From: Myxococcales bacterium
GTDB lineage: Bacteria; Myxococcota_A; Polyangia; Haliangiales; Haliangiaceae
Length of the DNA: 64,000 bases
Reading direction: 5' to 3'
Assembly (NCBI GenBank): GCA_016707895.1
Contig: JADJGV010000034.1
Span: 629,625 to 693,624, forward strand
Shown here: one piece after another, positions 1 through 10,649 of the stretch
Numbering within the stretch: position 1 is the first letter of the stretch
Layout: each line of letters starts with the position of its first letter
Notes under the pieces: model-generated
Told to the model about the DNA's origin: nothing
What the model saw: only the letters and a program-made list of their open reading frames with translations
Database searches by the model: none
Translations under genes and position numbers: made by a program

Positions 1-490
<490 letters not shown>

Positions 491-494
<4 letters not shown>

Positions 495-1651
495 GCCGTT
501 CTCCGTCGTCGGCGCACGAGCGCCAGGGTCGCGAGCGCCAGCGGCGCCGCGCGATCGGCACGATCGCCGGTCGAGCAGCAGCCGCCATCGTCGTCGTGGT
601 ACGCGAGCGCGATCCGCACCTTGGCGGTGCGGGTCGGGTCGGCGCGATCGGTGGCGCGCACGACCAGGCTGTCGTCGCCGGGCTCGAGCGGCGCGGCGAT
701 CGTCAGCGCGCCGTCGTCGGTCAGGGTCGCGGCGCCGGTGGCCGGCCCGGCGACGAGCGCCCAGCCGTGATCGGCGGCGAACGGATCGGCGGCGTCGAGC
801 GTCACCTGCCGCGTCGTGCCGGGCGCGACGGTCACCGCGTCGGGCAGCGGGTGCAGGCCGTCCTCGAGCTCGACGCCGGCCGCGGCCTCGATCCACGCCA
901 CCACCGTCGGGTGATCGGGCCGGACGTAGATGCCGCCTTCGGAGCAGTCGACCGTCGCGTCGGCGTAGCTGCGCGAGGTGACGCCGGCGACCAGCGGGCC
1001 GCGGGCGTCGAGCAGGTACATCGGCCCGCCGGAGTCGCCGGGGCAGGTGTCGACGCCGGCGCCGCCGGCGCCCAGCTCGCCGGCGGGCCGCAGGGTCGGA
1101 TCGCAGCCGCTCGAGCGCGTGCAGGCCGCGTCGGTGATCGTGGTGCGGGCGGCGCGCAGCGCGTCGACGAACTCGCCGCCGCTGGCGTCGATCGCGCCGT
1201 AGCCGACCAGCGCGACGGGCGCGCCGTCGACGACGCCGGTCCGGGCCCAGCCGGTGGCCAGCCGCCGCGGCGGCACGTCGGCGTCGCGATCGAGCAAGAG
1301 CAGCGCGACGTCGAACGCGCCGGGCCCAGGGACGACGGCCGCCACGCCGACGAACTCGCCGGCGCTCGGCCGGGCCAGCGAGTTGGTGCCGAGCAGCACC
1401 TCGTCGGCCGCGATGTCGCGGCAGTGATCGGCGGTGAGCACGACCCGCGGGGCGATCAGCACGCCGGTGCAGTACTGCTGGCGGTTCGACAGCACCGCCG
1501 CGACCTCGCGCCACTGGCCGGCGGGCACGTCGCTGCCGCCGATGACGGCGGACGGCTCCGGCGTCGCGGCGGGGGCCGGCGCGTCGTCACCGGGCGCCGC
1601 GGCGGCCACGCCGGCGCCGAGCAGCACGGCGAGGACCGGGAGCGACCGCAT
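491..1651 (-). CDS. Secreted S1-family (trypsin-like) serine protease with C-terminal MYXO-CTERM sorting domain
   Basis: Signal peptide MRSLPVLAVLLGAGVAAAAP; catalytic His motif TADHC and Ser motif GDSGGP; C-terminal GGCCSTG + hydrophobic helix + RRRRR tail typical of MYXO-CTERM. N-terminal R-rich extension of the 683-aa ORF rejected. Confidence 0.85.
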
Positions 1652-1707
1652 GGCTCCGACGATGGCACGCCGGCCGCCCGAACGGGAGGCCGCTCGGTTC
1701 CCGCAAT

Positions 1708-2637
1708 TCAGTAGCGCTTGACGGTGGGGTCGATCTGCACCGACCAGGCGTCGATGCCGCCGGCGAGGTTGTAGACGGTGCGGAAGCCCTGCTGCAGGAA
1801 GTGCTCGGCGGCGTTCTGGCTGCGCCCGCCGTGATGGCAGAAGAAGGCGAGCGGGGTCGACTTGTCGAGCTGCTCGATCGCGGCGGCGGCGGTGTCGTCG
1901 AGCAGCGTCGAGCCGGCGATCGTGGCGGTCGCGCGCTCGCCCGGGGTGCGCACGTCGTAGAGGTGCTTGACCTGGCCGCTGTCGAGGAGCGCCTTGAGCT
2001 CCTTGGGCGGGATCGCCTTCACCGCGGCCGGGCGGTTGGGGTTGTCGATCTTGAAGCCGGCGCCGCCGGGCCCGTCGACGTAGTCGATCACCACGCCGGC
2101 GGCGCGGCGCGCGCTGGCCGCGTCGAGCTGCACGGTGATGCCGTTGGTCACGACCGTCAGCGAGGCGGCCTCGCGCGGGCCGACGTCGAGGCCGTGATCG
2201 AAGCGCGCGTCGATCGACAGGTGGATGACGTCGTCGGCGCCGGCGTCGGCCAGGGCGCCGCGCAGCACCTCGGCGGCGCGCGGGGTGACCGTCACCGCCG
2301 GCGGCGCGGCCGGCGCGGCCAGGTCGCCGAGCCGCGTGGCCAGCTCGCCCGAGGCGTGGAGCTGGCGGACGATGTCGGAGCCGCCGACGAACTCTCCCTT
2401 GACGTACAGCTGGGGGATCGTCGGCCAGTCCGAGAACGCCTTGATGGCGTCGCGGATCGCCGCGTCGGCCAGCACGTTGACGGTGGTGTAGTTCGGCAGC
2501 ATGGTGTCGAGGATCTGGACCACGCTGGCGGAGAAGCCGCACTGGGGAAAGTTCCGGCTACCCTTCATGAACAGGACCACCGCGTCGGACGCGATGAGTG
2601 ATTCGATCTTCTGGCGAAGCTCTGGTGCGAGGCTCAT
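1708..2637 (-). CDS. Monothiol glutaredoxin (Grx4-type, CGFS active site) fused to C-terminal rhodanese domain
   Basis: N-terminus [15 protein letters not shown] matches CGFS-type Grx; C-terminus [28 protein letters not shown] is a rhodanese active-site loop with Cys. Confidence 0.8.
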   Translation of the reverse strand: MSLAPELRQKIESLIASDAVVLFMKGSRNFPQCGFSASVVQILDTMLPNYTTVNVLADAAIRDAIKAFSDWPTIPQLYVKGEFVGGSDIVRQLHASGELATRLGDLAAPAAPPAVTVTPRAAEVLRGALADAGADDVIHLSIDARFDHGLDVGPREAASLTVVTNGITVQLDAASARRAAGVVIDYVDGPGGAGFKIDNPNRPAAVKAIPPKELKALLDSGQVKHLYDVRTPGERATATIAGSTLLDDTAAAAIEQLDKSTPLAFFCHHGGRSQNAAEHFLQQGFRTVYNLAGGIDAWSVQIDPTVKRY

Positions 2638-2697
2638 GGAGACAACTCCGGCTCAAGGCGTGGGGCGCAAGGTTTGCGCGAATTTCAGGTGCTGGTG

Positions 2698-3864
2698 ATG
2701 GCTAGCACGGACTTGGCGGTGCGGGGGGTGACTTCGGTCGAAGCCGTCGACCGCGCCGCCTGGGACGCCCTCGACCATGGCCCATCGCCGTTCTTGCGCC
2801 ACGGCTTCCTCACCGCGCTCGAGGCGTCGGGCTCGATCGGCAAGCGCTCGGGCTGGCGCCCGGTGTACCTGCTGGCCGAGGCCGGCGGCCAGCTCCAGGG
2901 CGCGGTCGCCGCGTTCGTCAAGCAGCACTCGTACGGCGAGTACATCTTCGACTGGGCGTGGGCCGGCGCCGCCGAGCGCGCCGGGCTCGACTACTACCCC
3001 AAGCTGGTGATCGCCGCGCCGATCACGCCGGCCACCGGCCGCCGGATCCTGCTCGCGCCGGGCGCCGATCGCGCGCGCACCGCCGCCGCGCTGATCGCCG
3101 CGGTGCGGGCGGTGGCCGACGACGCCGGCTGCTCGTCGATCCACTGGCTGTTCTGCACCGACGACGAGCAGGCGCTGCTGGCCGGGCACGGGTTCTTGCC
3201 GCGGGCCAGCTTCCAGTACCACTGGCACAACCGCGGCTACGCGAGCTTCGACGGCTTCCTCGGCGCCCTGGCCTCCCGCAAGCGCAAGCAGCTCCGCAAG
3301 GAGCGGGCGCGGGTGCACGCGGCGATCGATCGGCTGACCTGGGTGCCGGGCGGCGAGCTCACCAGCGCGCAGCTCGACCGGATGGATCGCTGGTACCGCG
3401 CCACCACCGAGGAGCACGGCGGCCACGACTACCTGCGGCCCGGGTTCTTCCACCGGGTCGCCGCCGAGCTGCCCGACCTGACCTGGATCGCCGAGGTCAC
3501 CGTCGGCGACCGCCCGGCGGCGGGCGCGCTGTTCTTCGAGACGCCGCAGGGGTTGTACGGCCGTTACTGGGGCAGCGACGTCGAGCTCGACTGCCTGCAC
3601 TTCGAGACCGCCTACTACGCCGGCATCGAGCGCTGCATCGCGCGCGGCCTGCCGCTGTTCGAGGCCGGCGCCCAGGGCGACCACAAGCTGGTGCGCGGCT
3701 TCGATCCCAGCCCGACCTACTCGGCGCACTGGCTGCGCCACGAAGGCCTCGCCGCGGCGATCGACGAGTTCCTCGGCCGCGAGCGGCGCGCGGTGGCGCG
3801 GCAGATGGCCGAGCTGGCCGCGTACGGGCCGTACCGGCAGGCCGAGGGCGACGAGCCCGCGTGA
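2698..3864 (+). CDS. GNAT-family N-acetyltransferase, DUF482/FemAB-like (BioF2-like acetyltransferase domain)
   Basis: Conserved DUF482 N-terminus (SV..V....W..L......PFL...FL.ALE.SGS) and overall length; start taken at MASTD (first in-frame ATG after 2674). Confidence 0.7.
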   Translation: MASTDLAVRGVTSVEAVDRAAWDALDHGPSPFLRHGFLTALEASGSIGKRSGWRPVYLLAEAGGQLQGAVAAFVKQHSYGEYIFDWAWAGAAERAGLDYYPKLVIAAPITPATGRRILLAPGADRARTAAALIAAVRAVADDAGCSSIHWLFCTDDEQALLAGHGFLPRASFQYHWHNRGYASFDGFLGALASRKRKQLRKERARVHAAIDRLTWVPGGELTSAQLDRMDRWYRATTEEHGGHDYLRPGFFHRVAAELPDLTWIAEVTVGDRPAAGALFFETPQGLYGRYWGSDVELDCLHFETAYYAGIERCIARGLPLFEAGAQGDHKLVRGFDPSPTYSAHWLRHEGLAAAIDEFLGRERRAVARQMAELAAYGPYRQAEGDEPA

Positions 3865-3867
3865 GGG

Positions 3868-5196
3868 TCAGACCTCGGCGGCGGCGCGCAGGCCCGAGGC
3901 GATCGCGCCGTCGATGTAGCCGCTCCAGGCGGTGGCGGTCTCGGTGCCGGCCCAGTGCAGGCGGCCGACCGGCGTGCGGATGACCCGGCCGACGGTGGTC
4001 CAGACGCCGGGCGGGCAGAACGCGCCGTAGCAGCCGCCCGCCCACGGATCGTGCTCCCAGACGTGATCGACGTAGGCGCGGGGCGTCGCGGCGCCGTCGC
4101 CGTAGGCGCGGACGAAGCACGCGACCGCGGCCGAGCGGCGGCCGGCGAGGTCGAGGGCGCCCAGCCGGCGCGCGGCGTCGGCCTCGGCGAAGCCCATCAG
4201 CACGCCGCAGCTGCCGTCGGGCGGCGAGTTGTCGAACGCGACGTGGATCGGCCCGCGATCCGACAGCGACAGGCCCGACAGCCCGGCGTCGCGCCAGAAC
4301 GGGCGATCGTAGATCGCGGTGCACTTGATGACCGCGCCCATCGGCGTCTGCGCGATCAGCGCGGCGCGCTCGGGTGGCAGCCGCGGCGTGAAGTCGATCG
4401 CCGCGATCAGGTGCGGCGGGATCGCGATGATCGCGCGCTCGGCGGTGACCGCGCCGCGATCGTGGTGCACGGTCACCGCGGCGCCGTGCTCGATCCGCCG
4501 CGCCGCGCAGCCCAGCCGCACGTCGAGCCCGCTGGCCAGCCGCTCGGCCACGCCCTGCATGCCGCCGTCGACGCGGGTGGCCTGGGCGCCGTCGGTGGTG
4601 CCGAACAGCGTGTCGAGATCGCGGCCGCTGTGGATGTAGAACAGCGCGTGCAGGAGCGACATCTGCCCGAGCTCGGCGGCGAACACCGACTCGAGGCCGG
4701 CGGTGAGCAGGTCGCGGGCGACCGCGGTGCGCAGGTTGCGCGCCAGCCACGCGCCCAGCGTGGTCGCGTCCCAGCGCGCGGCGTGGCGCGCGGTCCACGG
4801 CGCGTCGAGCGGCACCTGCCGCGCCATCCGCTCGAGCCGCCACTGCGCCTGGCCGACGTCGAGCAGGCTGGCGACGCCGAGCCGCGGGATGGTGCCGCGG
4901 TAGCGCCGGGCCTTGCCGTCGACCAGCACCAGGTTGTCGCCGGTGGTCCAGGTGGGGAACGTGCGCGCGCCCTGCTCGGCCAGGAGCCCCAGCAGGTGAT
5001 CCTGGGTCGGGCCGGCCCACTGCCCGCCGAGGTCGACCCACGGCCCGCCCGGCGCCGGCGCGGTGTAGACCCGGCCGCCGACGCGATCGCGGGCCTCGAG
5101 CACGATCGCCGCCCGGCCGGCCTTGCGCAGCGCGCGCGCCGCGGATAGCCCGGCGAACCCGGCGCCGATGATCACCACGTCGGTCCGCTCGCTCAT
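3868..5196 (-). CDS. Flavin-containing amine oxidase (monoamine/putrescine oxidase family)
   Basis: N-terminal dinucleotide-binding motif DVVIIGAGFAGLSAARAL...LEARDRVGGR and amine-oxidase C-terminal domain; 442 aa after trimming the artefactual upstream extension of the 864-aa ORF. Confidence 0.85.
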   Translation of the reverse strand: MSERTDVVIIGAGFAGLSAARALRKAGRAAIVLEARDRVGGRVYTAPAPGGPWVDLGGQWAGPTQDHLLGLLAEQGARTFPTWTTGDNLVLVDGKARRYRGTIPRLGVASLLDVGQAQWRLERMARQVPLDAPWTARHAARWDATTLGAWLARNLRTAVARDLLTAGLESVFAAELGQMSLLHALFYIHSGRDLDTLFGTTDGAQATRVDGGMQGVAERLASGLDVRLGCAARRIEHGAAVTVHHDRGAVTAERAIIAIPPHLIAAIDFTPRLPPERAALIAQTPMGAVIKCTAIYDRPFWRDAGLSGLSLSDRGPIHVAFDNSPPDGSCGVLMGFAEADAARRLGALDLAGRRSAAVACFVRAYGDGAATPRAYVDHVWEHDPWAGGCYGAFCPPGVWTTVGRVIRTPVGRLHWAGTETATAWSGYIDGAIASGLRAAAEV

Positions 5197-5247
5197 GCGT
5201 CGAAGTGCATCACGCGGCCGCGGCGTCCGCCAGGTATCCTCCGGTCG

Positions 5248-6432
5248 ATGTGCGACACGCTGGTGACGATCGCGCCCGGGCGCGTGCGGTTCGCCAAGAA
5301 CTCCGACCGCGATCCCAACGAGGCGCAGGCGCCGACGTGGCGGCCGGCGCGCGACCACGTCGCCGGCGCGCCGCTGCGCTGCACCCACGTCACGATCCCG
5401 CAGGTCGCGCACACCCACGCGGTCTTGCTGTCGCGGCCGTTCTGGCTGTGGGGCGCCGAGATGGGCGCCAACGCGCACGGCGTGGTGATCGGCAACGAGG
5501 CGGTGTTCACCGATCAGCCGTTCACCGCCGCCGGCCTCACCGGCATGGACCTGGTGCGGCTCGGGCTCGAGCGCGGCGCCACCGCGGCCGAGGCCGTGGC
5601 GGTGATCGAGGACCTGGTCGCGCGCCACGGCCAGGGCGGCGGCTGCGGCCACGAGCACCCCGGGTTCCGCTACCACGCGAGCTTCCTGGTCGCCGACGCC
5701 CGCGGCGCGTTCGTCGTCGAGACCGCCGGTCGCGCGGTCGCGGTGCAGGCGGTGGTGGACGCCGCGACGATCTCCAACGCGCTGACCCTGCCGGCGCTGC
5801 GCGGCCACCGCGATCGGCTGCGCTCGTGGGTGGCGGCCGCCGATCATCGGCAGGCGTGCACGCTGGCCGCGGCCCGGGCCGCCCGCGGCGTCGGCGATCT
5901 GTTCGCGGCGCTGCGCGACCACGGCGACGGCGACGACGGCGCGCGCCCGCGCTACCGCTGGCACCACGGCGCGATGGCGGCGCCGTGCATGCACGCCGGC
6001 GGGCTGATCGCCGCGTCGCAGACCACCGCGTCGTGGGTCGCCGAGTTGACGCCGGCCGGCGCGCGTCACTGGATCACCGCGACCGCGGCGCCGTGCTTGT
6101 CGATCTTCAAGCCGGTCGCCGTCGACGATCCGCTCGCGCTGGGCCCGCCGCCGCGCGATCGCGCCGACGCCGGCCTGTGGTGGCAGCACGAGCGCCTGCA
6201 CCGCCGGGTGATCGGCGACGCCGCGTGGTGCCGGACGATCGCCGCCGAGCGCGACGAGGTCGAGCGCCGGTGGCTGAGCGCGCCGCCGGCGCCGACCGCG
6301 GCCTTCGCCGAGCACCGCGCGCTGGTGGAGCGCTGGCTGGCGGCCAGCGCGGCCGCGCCGGTCGCCGACGATCGGCCGTGGTACGTGCGCCGCTACTGGG
6401 CGGAGCGCGACCGCCGCGCCGGCCTGGCGTGA
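5248..6432 (+). CDS. Ntn-hydrolase, peptidase C69 / acyl-CoA:6-APA acyltransferase-like (N-terminal nucleophile Cys2)
   Basis: Starts MCDTLV (Met-Cys nucleophile typical of C69/secernin-type Ntn hydrolases); protein-like composition over 394 aa. Confidence 0.7.
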   Translation: MCDTLVTIAPGRVRFAKNSDRDPNEAQAPTWRPARDHVAGAPLRCTHVTIPQVAHTHAVLLSRPFWLWGAEMGANAHGVVIGNEAVFTDQPFTAAGLTGMDLVRLGLERGATAAEAVAVIEDLVARHGQGGGCGHEHPGFRYHASFLVADARGAFVVETAGRAVAVQAVVDAATISNALTLPALRGHRDRLRSWVAAADHRQACTLAAARAARGVGDLFAALRDHGDGDDGARPRYRWHHGAMAAPCMHAGGLIAASQTTASWVAELTPAGARHWITATAAPCLSIFKPVAVDDPLALGPPPRDRADAGLWWQHERLHRRVIGDAAWCRTIAAERDEVERRWLSAPPAPTAAFAEHRALVERWLAASAAAPVADDRPWYVRRYWAERDRRAGLA

Positions 6433-6435
6433 GCC

Positions 6436-6545
6436 GGTTCCGTTTGGAGGGTTTGTCGCCAAACCCTCCCCCGCGGGGTCACGCCCCCGCGGGGCCCCCG
6501 CCCAAGACGCGAGACTCCCGGGCGACGTTCCGGAGGTGCGGCGTC
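6436..6545. repeat. REP-like intergenic repeat copy A (hairpin GGAGGGTTTG-tcgc-CAAACCCTCC, palindromic CCCCGCGGGG x2, core CCCAAGACGCGAGA)
   Basis: Shares hairpin and core motifs with copies at 47300-47400 and 62146-62400; lies in convergent 3' intergenic region. Confidence 0.7.
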
Positions 6546-6567
6546 ACGGCGCGATGAGCCGCCCCGA

Positions 6568-6993
6568 TCACGGCGCGATCGGCCACGGCGTCGGCCGCAG
6601 CCCGGCCTGCCAGTTGTCGTGGCGGCCGTCCCAGTAGCCGACCTCGACCGCGGCGAGCTCGACGTCGTCGAGGCAGTTGAGGTTGATCGAGACGAAGTCG
6701 CCGCCGAGCTGGGCCAGGTGGCCGCGGCCGTAGACGCCGACGTGGCACCGCGGGCAGAAGTAGCGCCCGGCGATCTCCGGGTGGCGCGCGTAGGTGTGGA
6801 GCGTGCCTTCGTCGGTCAAGAGCGTGAAGGCGTCGGGGCGGACGATCGCGCCGGTCCACCCCAGCTTCGTGCAGATGGTGCAGTTGCAGCGGGTGCCGCG
6901 CGTCGCGTCGACGCGGACGGTGAAGCGCAGGTGCCCGCAGTGGCAGCTGCCGCGGTGGACGGAGAGGACCGGGTCGGGGCTGGAGGTCGTCAT
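6568..6993 (-). CDS. GFA-family protein (glutathione-dependent formaldehyde-activating / CENP-V-like zinc-binding domain)
   Basis: CHCG...C.C..C and CPRCH zinc-ligand pattern; start taken at MTTSSPD (M18 of ORF). Confidence 0.75.
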   Translation of the reverse strand: MTTSSPDPVLSVHRGSCHCGHLRFTVRVDATRGTRCNCTICTKLGWTGAIVRPDAFTLLTDEGTLHTYARHPEIAGRYFCPRCHVGVYGRGHLAQLGGDFVSINLNCLDDVELAAVEVGYWDGRHDNWQAGLRPTPWPIAP

Positions 6994-7240
6994 GGGATCG
7001 ACGGTGCCGGGGCCGCGTGACAGCCTTCTGTCAGGTATCGCCACGGCCAGGTCGGTCCACCTGTCGGACCGCAGAATTCGCGCGTCGCCCCGGCGCCGCG
7101 AAGCCGGTGCGCGTTCGCGCGGGCCGAGCCGCGGTCAACGGTCATGGCCGCGTCACGACCCGCGATCGCCGACCGACTTCTGATCGAACTCTGGCCCGGC
7201 GGCGCGGGCAGCCGACGCGCCGCGGCGGCACGCTGGCGGC

Positions 7241-8119
7241 ATGACACCCACCGACCCTCGCGATCGCCTGCGCTGGATCGACAACCTGCCGTTCTGGGGC
7301 GTCCACCTGGCCGCGATCGCCGGCCTGGCCTGGCTGGGCTGGTCGTGGACCGGCTTCTGGATCGCGCTCATCGCCTACGTCGTGCGGCTGTTCGCGATCA
7401 CCGCCGGCTACCACCGCTACTTCTCGCACCGCGCGTACAAGACCAGCCGCGCGTTCCAGCTCGTGCTGGCGGTGCTGGGCCTGACCTCGACCCAGAAGGG
7501 CCCGCTGTGGTGGGCCGCGCACCACCGCATCCACCACAAGTACTCCGACCAGCCCGGCGACCTGCACTCGGTGCGGCAGCGCGGCTTCTGGTGGGCGCAC
7601 ATGTTCTGGATCCTGGTTGAGCGCAACGCCAAGGCCGATCACGACAAGATCAAGGACCTGACCAAGTACCCCGAGCTGCGCTTCGTCGACCGCCACGCGA
7701 TCTGGTTCACGGTCGCGTACGCCGCCGCGCTGTACCTGCTCGGCGGCTGGACCGCGCTGATCTGGGGCTACTTCGTGTCGACGGTCGTGCTGTGGCACGG
7801 CACGTTCACGATCAACTCGCTGTCCCACGTCTGGGGCTGGCGCCGCTACCGCACCACCGACGACAGCGTCAACAACCCGCTGCTGGCCATCCTCACGCTG
7901 GGCGAGGGCTGGCACAACAACCACCACTACTACCAGCGGTCGGCGCGCCAGGGCTTCTACTGGTGGGAGGTCGACCTCAGCTTCTACGTGCTCAAGCTGC
8001 TCGAGGTGTTCCACATCGTCTGGGACGTGCAGGGCGTGCCGCGCCACGTCCGCGATCACCGGCCGCCGGCGCCGGTCGACGCCGACGGAGCCGAGGCGAT
8101 CGCGTCGTCCGGGCGGTGA
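7241..8119 (+). CDS. Acyl-CoA (stearoyl-CoA-type) fatty acid desaturase
   Basis: Three His boxes HRYFSH, HHRIHH, HNNHH and membrane topology typical of delta-9 desaturases. Confidence 0.9.
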   Translation: MTPTDPRDRLRWIDNLPFWGVHLAAIAGLAWLGWSWTGFWIALIAYVVRLFAITAGYHRYFSHRAYKTSRAFQLVLAVLGLTSTQKGPLWWAAHHRIHHKYSDQPGDLHSVRQRGFWWAHMFWILVERNAKADHDKIKDLTKYPELRFVDRHAIWFTVAYAAALYLLGGWTALIWGYFVSTVVLWHGTFTINSLSHVWGWRRYRTTDDSVNNPLLAILTLGEGWHNNHHYYQRSARQGFYWWEVDLSFYVLKLLEVFHIVWDVQGVPRHVRDHRPPAPVDADGAEAIASSGR

Positions 8120-8179
8120 CAGCCGAGGTACCGACGTTCGGGCTTGGGGCGGCGGCGGCGTGACGTACCATCGGCGGCG

Positions 8180-9559
8180 ATGCGGCGCGTCCTCCTCGGC
8201 TCGGCGATCTTCCTGACGGCCTGCGGCGGCGACGACGGGGCCACGCCGCCGCCGCTGTGCACCGGCGCCTGGCACGTGTGCGGCGGCCACCTGCGCGACG
8301 CCACCGGCCGGGCCGCGATCCTGCGCGGCATGAACGTCGGCAAGAAGGAGGCGCCGTACCTCGACTTCCACGCCGCCGCCGACTTCGCGCGGATGCGCGA
8401 CGACTGGGGCATGAACGCGGTCCGCTTCTACTTCCCGTGGGCTGCGGTCGAGCCCAGCCCCGGGCAGTACGACGACGCGTTCCTGGATCAGGTGCGGCAG
8501 CGGCTCGACTGGGCGGCCGCGGCCGAGGTCGACGTCGTGCTCGACCTGCACCAGGACGTCTACGGCGAGGGCTTCGGCTTCGACGGCGCGCCGCGCTGGA
8601 CCTGCGACCAGGCGCGCTACGACGCGTTCGTGCCGGCGGCGCAGTGGCCGCTCAACTACCTCGAGCCCAACGTCAAGGCGTGCTTCGACGGGCTGTGGAA
8701 CGACCCGGCGCTGGGCGAGGCCCACGCCGCGGCGTGGCGCCACATCGCGGGCCGGCTCGGCGATCACCCCGCGGTGATCGGCTTCGACGCGATCAACGAG
8801 CCGCACTGGGGCAGCCACGACCTGTTCACCTTCGAGCGCGAGCGGCTGCAGCCGTTCTACGATCGCGACGTCGCGGCGGTGCGCGCCGTCGCGCCGCGCT
8901 GGGTGGCGTTCCTCGAGCCGGCCGGCTCGCGCAACATCGGCATCCCGACCTCGCTGCAGCCGTTCGCCTACCCCGACGTGGTCTACGCGCCGCACGCCTA
9001 CGACTCGGCGGCCGAGCAGCAGCAGGGCTTCGACGAGGCGCGCCGGGCGGCGTTCCTCGAGAACGTGGCGCTGCAGCGGACCGAGGCCGAGGCGCTGGGC
9101 ACCGCGCTGTGGATCGGCGAGTACGGTGGCCTGGGCACCGATCCCGGCATCGTGCCGTACATGGACGCCGCCTACGACGCGGCCAGCGCGGTCGCCGCCT
9201 CGAGCATGTACTGGGCCTACAGCAGGGGCGGCGGCTACTCACCGCTCGACGCCAGCGGCGCCGAGATCGCGCCGCTGGTGGGCGCGATCGTGCGGCCGTA
9301 CCCGGCGCGGATCGCCGGCGACCCGATCGGGTGGACCCACGACGAGGCCGCGCGCACGCTGACCGTGCGCTACCGCCCCGACGCGCGGATCGCGACGCCG
9401 ACCGAGCTCGTCGTGCCGCCGCGGGTGTCGACCGCGCCGGCGGTGACCTGCGATGGCTGCGCGAGCGAGCGGCGCGGCGACACGCTGCTGATCACCGCGC
9501 CGCCGGCGGTCGACGCCGCGGGCGTGGCGACGGTGGTGGTGACGCTGCCCGCGCCGTGA
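8180..9559 (+). CDS. Glycoside hydrolase family 5 lipoprotein (cellulase/endoglycoceramidase-like)
   Basis: Lipobox FLTAC after signal peptide; GH5 motifs incl. INEP catalytic acid/base and GEYG nucleophile region. Confidence 0.8.
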   Translation: MRRVLLGSAIFLTACGGDDGATPPPLCTGAWHVCGGHLRDATGRAAILRGMNVGKKEAPYLDFHAAADFARMRDDWGMNAVRFYFPWAAVEPSPGQYDDAFLDQVRQRLDWAAAAEVDVVLDLHQDVYGEGFGFDGAPRWTCDQARYDAFVPAAQWPLNYLEPNVKACFDGLWNDPALGEAHAAAWRHIAGRLGDHPAVIGFDAINEPHWGSHDLFTFERERLQPFYDRDVAAVRAVAPRWVAFLEPAGSRNIGIPTSLQPFAYPDVVYAPHAYDSAAEQQQGFDEARRAAFLENVALQRTEAEALGTALWIGEYGGLGTDPGIVPYMDAAYDAASAVAASSMYWAYSRGGGYSPLDASGAEIAPLVGAIVRPYPARIAGDPIGWTHDEAARTLTVRYRPDARIATPTELVVPPRVSTAPAVTCDGCASERRGDTLLITAPPAVDAAGVATVVVTLPAP

Positions 9560-9560
9560 C

Positions 9561-10421
9561 TTAGCGCTTCGCGGCGCGCTTGCCGGCGCGCGCCGGGTAG
9601 CCGGCCAGCACCAGCACCTCGTCGACGTCGCCGCGCCGCGACGGGTCCGAGTTGATCGCGCGCGGGCACTTCACGCGATCGATGCGCAGGCCCTTGTACA
9701 TGGCGCGGATGCGCGGCGTGTCGGCGTTGGACAGCACCACCGCGCAGCCGCGGTCGGCCAGCCCGCGCACGGTGTCGGCCAGCGCCTGCTGATCGGCGGG
9801 GCCGAAGCCGTCGCCGGTGTACGCGGTGAAGTTGGCCGTCGTCGTGACCGGATCGTAGGGCGGGTCGAAGTAGACCAGGTCGCCGGGGCCGGCGTCGGCG
9901 ACCGCGGCCTGGTAGTCGCCGCACAAGAGCGTCGCGCGGCGCAGCACGGCCGAGGCGCGGTGGACCGTGTCGGCGTCGCAGATCGACGGGTTCTTGTAGC
10001 GGCCCATCGGCACGTTGAAGCCGCCGCCCTTGTTGACCCGCCAGAGGCCGTTGAAGCAGGTGCGGTTCAGGTAGATGAACGTGGCGGCGCGGTCGAGCGT
10101 CGTCCACGACACCGAGCGATCGTTCCAGCGCGCGCGGGTCTGGTAGTAGTGGTCCTCGGCGTGGGCCTGCTGGTGCAGCGCGAGGCGGCGCAGCACGCCG
10201 TCGGGATCGGTGGCGACGGCGCGGTACATGCCGATCAGATCGGGGTTGCGATCGGAGAGGACCGCGGCCTCGGGGCCGAGGTGGAAGAACACCGCGGCGC
10301 CGCCGGCGAACGGCTCGAAGTAGCGGCCGTAGGTGCGCGGCAGCCGGGTCAGGATCTCGGGCAAGAGCTTGGTCTTGCCGCCGACCCACTTGACGATCGG
10401 CCACGCGGCCGACGGCGGCAT
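9561..10421 (-). CDS. dam: DNA adenine methyltransferase (Dam / D12-class N6-adenine MTase), no adjacent restriction endonuclease
   Basis: PIVKWVGGK N-terminus, FEPFAGG SAM-binding motif, DPPY catalytic motif; start placed at MPPSAAW (M31 of ORF). Confidence 0.85.
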   Translation of the reverse strand: MPPSAAWPIVKWVGGKTKLLPEILTRLPRTYGRYFEPFAGGAAVFFHLGPEAAVLSDRNPDLIGMYRAVATDPDGVLRRLALHQQAHAEDHYYQTRARWNDRSVSWTTLDRAATFIYLNRTCFNGLWRVNKGGGFNVPMGRYKNPSICDADTVHRASAVLRRATLLCGDYQAAVADAGPGDLVYFDPPYDPVTTTANFTAYTGDGFGPADQQALADTVRGLADRGCAVVLSNADTPRIRAMYKGLRIDRVKCPRAINSDPSRRGDVDEVLVLAGYPARAGKRAAKR

Positions 10422-10649
10422 GGCCGGGGCGTCGGCGCGGTGGGCGCGCGCCAGGCGAGGCGCGACGGGCGAGGAGCGGACGAGGCGCGCGCGGCGCTTG
10501 GACGTGGCCATCGAGCGCTCAATGTCGAGCGAGCCGCGGCCGTGGGCAAAAAAGCGGAGTATTTTCGTTTAGTTATGAAACTGGGCCGGGAAGTGCTTCG
10601 ATAAGCGCCGATCCCGCCGCTGGGCAAGCGGGGGCGGACCGGTCAACGT

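Noticed and set aside
7142-8995. 617-aa minus-strand ORF spanning the desaturase and GH5 genes
   Set aside because: Translation is dominated by R/A/G/P/V with no recognisable motif. It is antisense to two well-supported genes, a typical spurious ORF in 72% GC DNA.
9561-10511. Dam methyltransferase as half of a restriction-modification system
   Set aside because: No candidate endonuclease or specificity gene in the flanking 5 kb. Treated as an orphan MTase, to be checked by methylome data.
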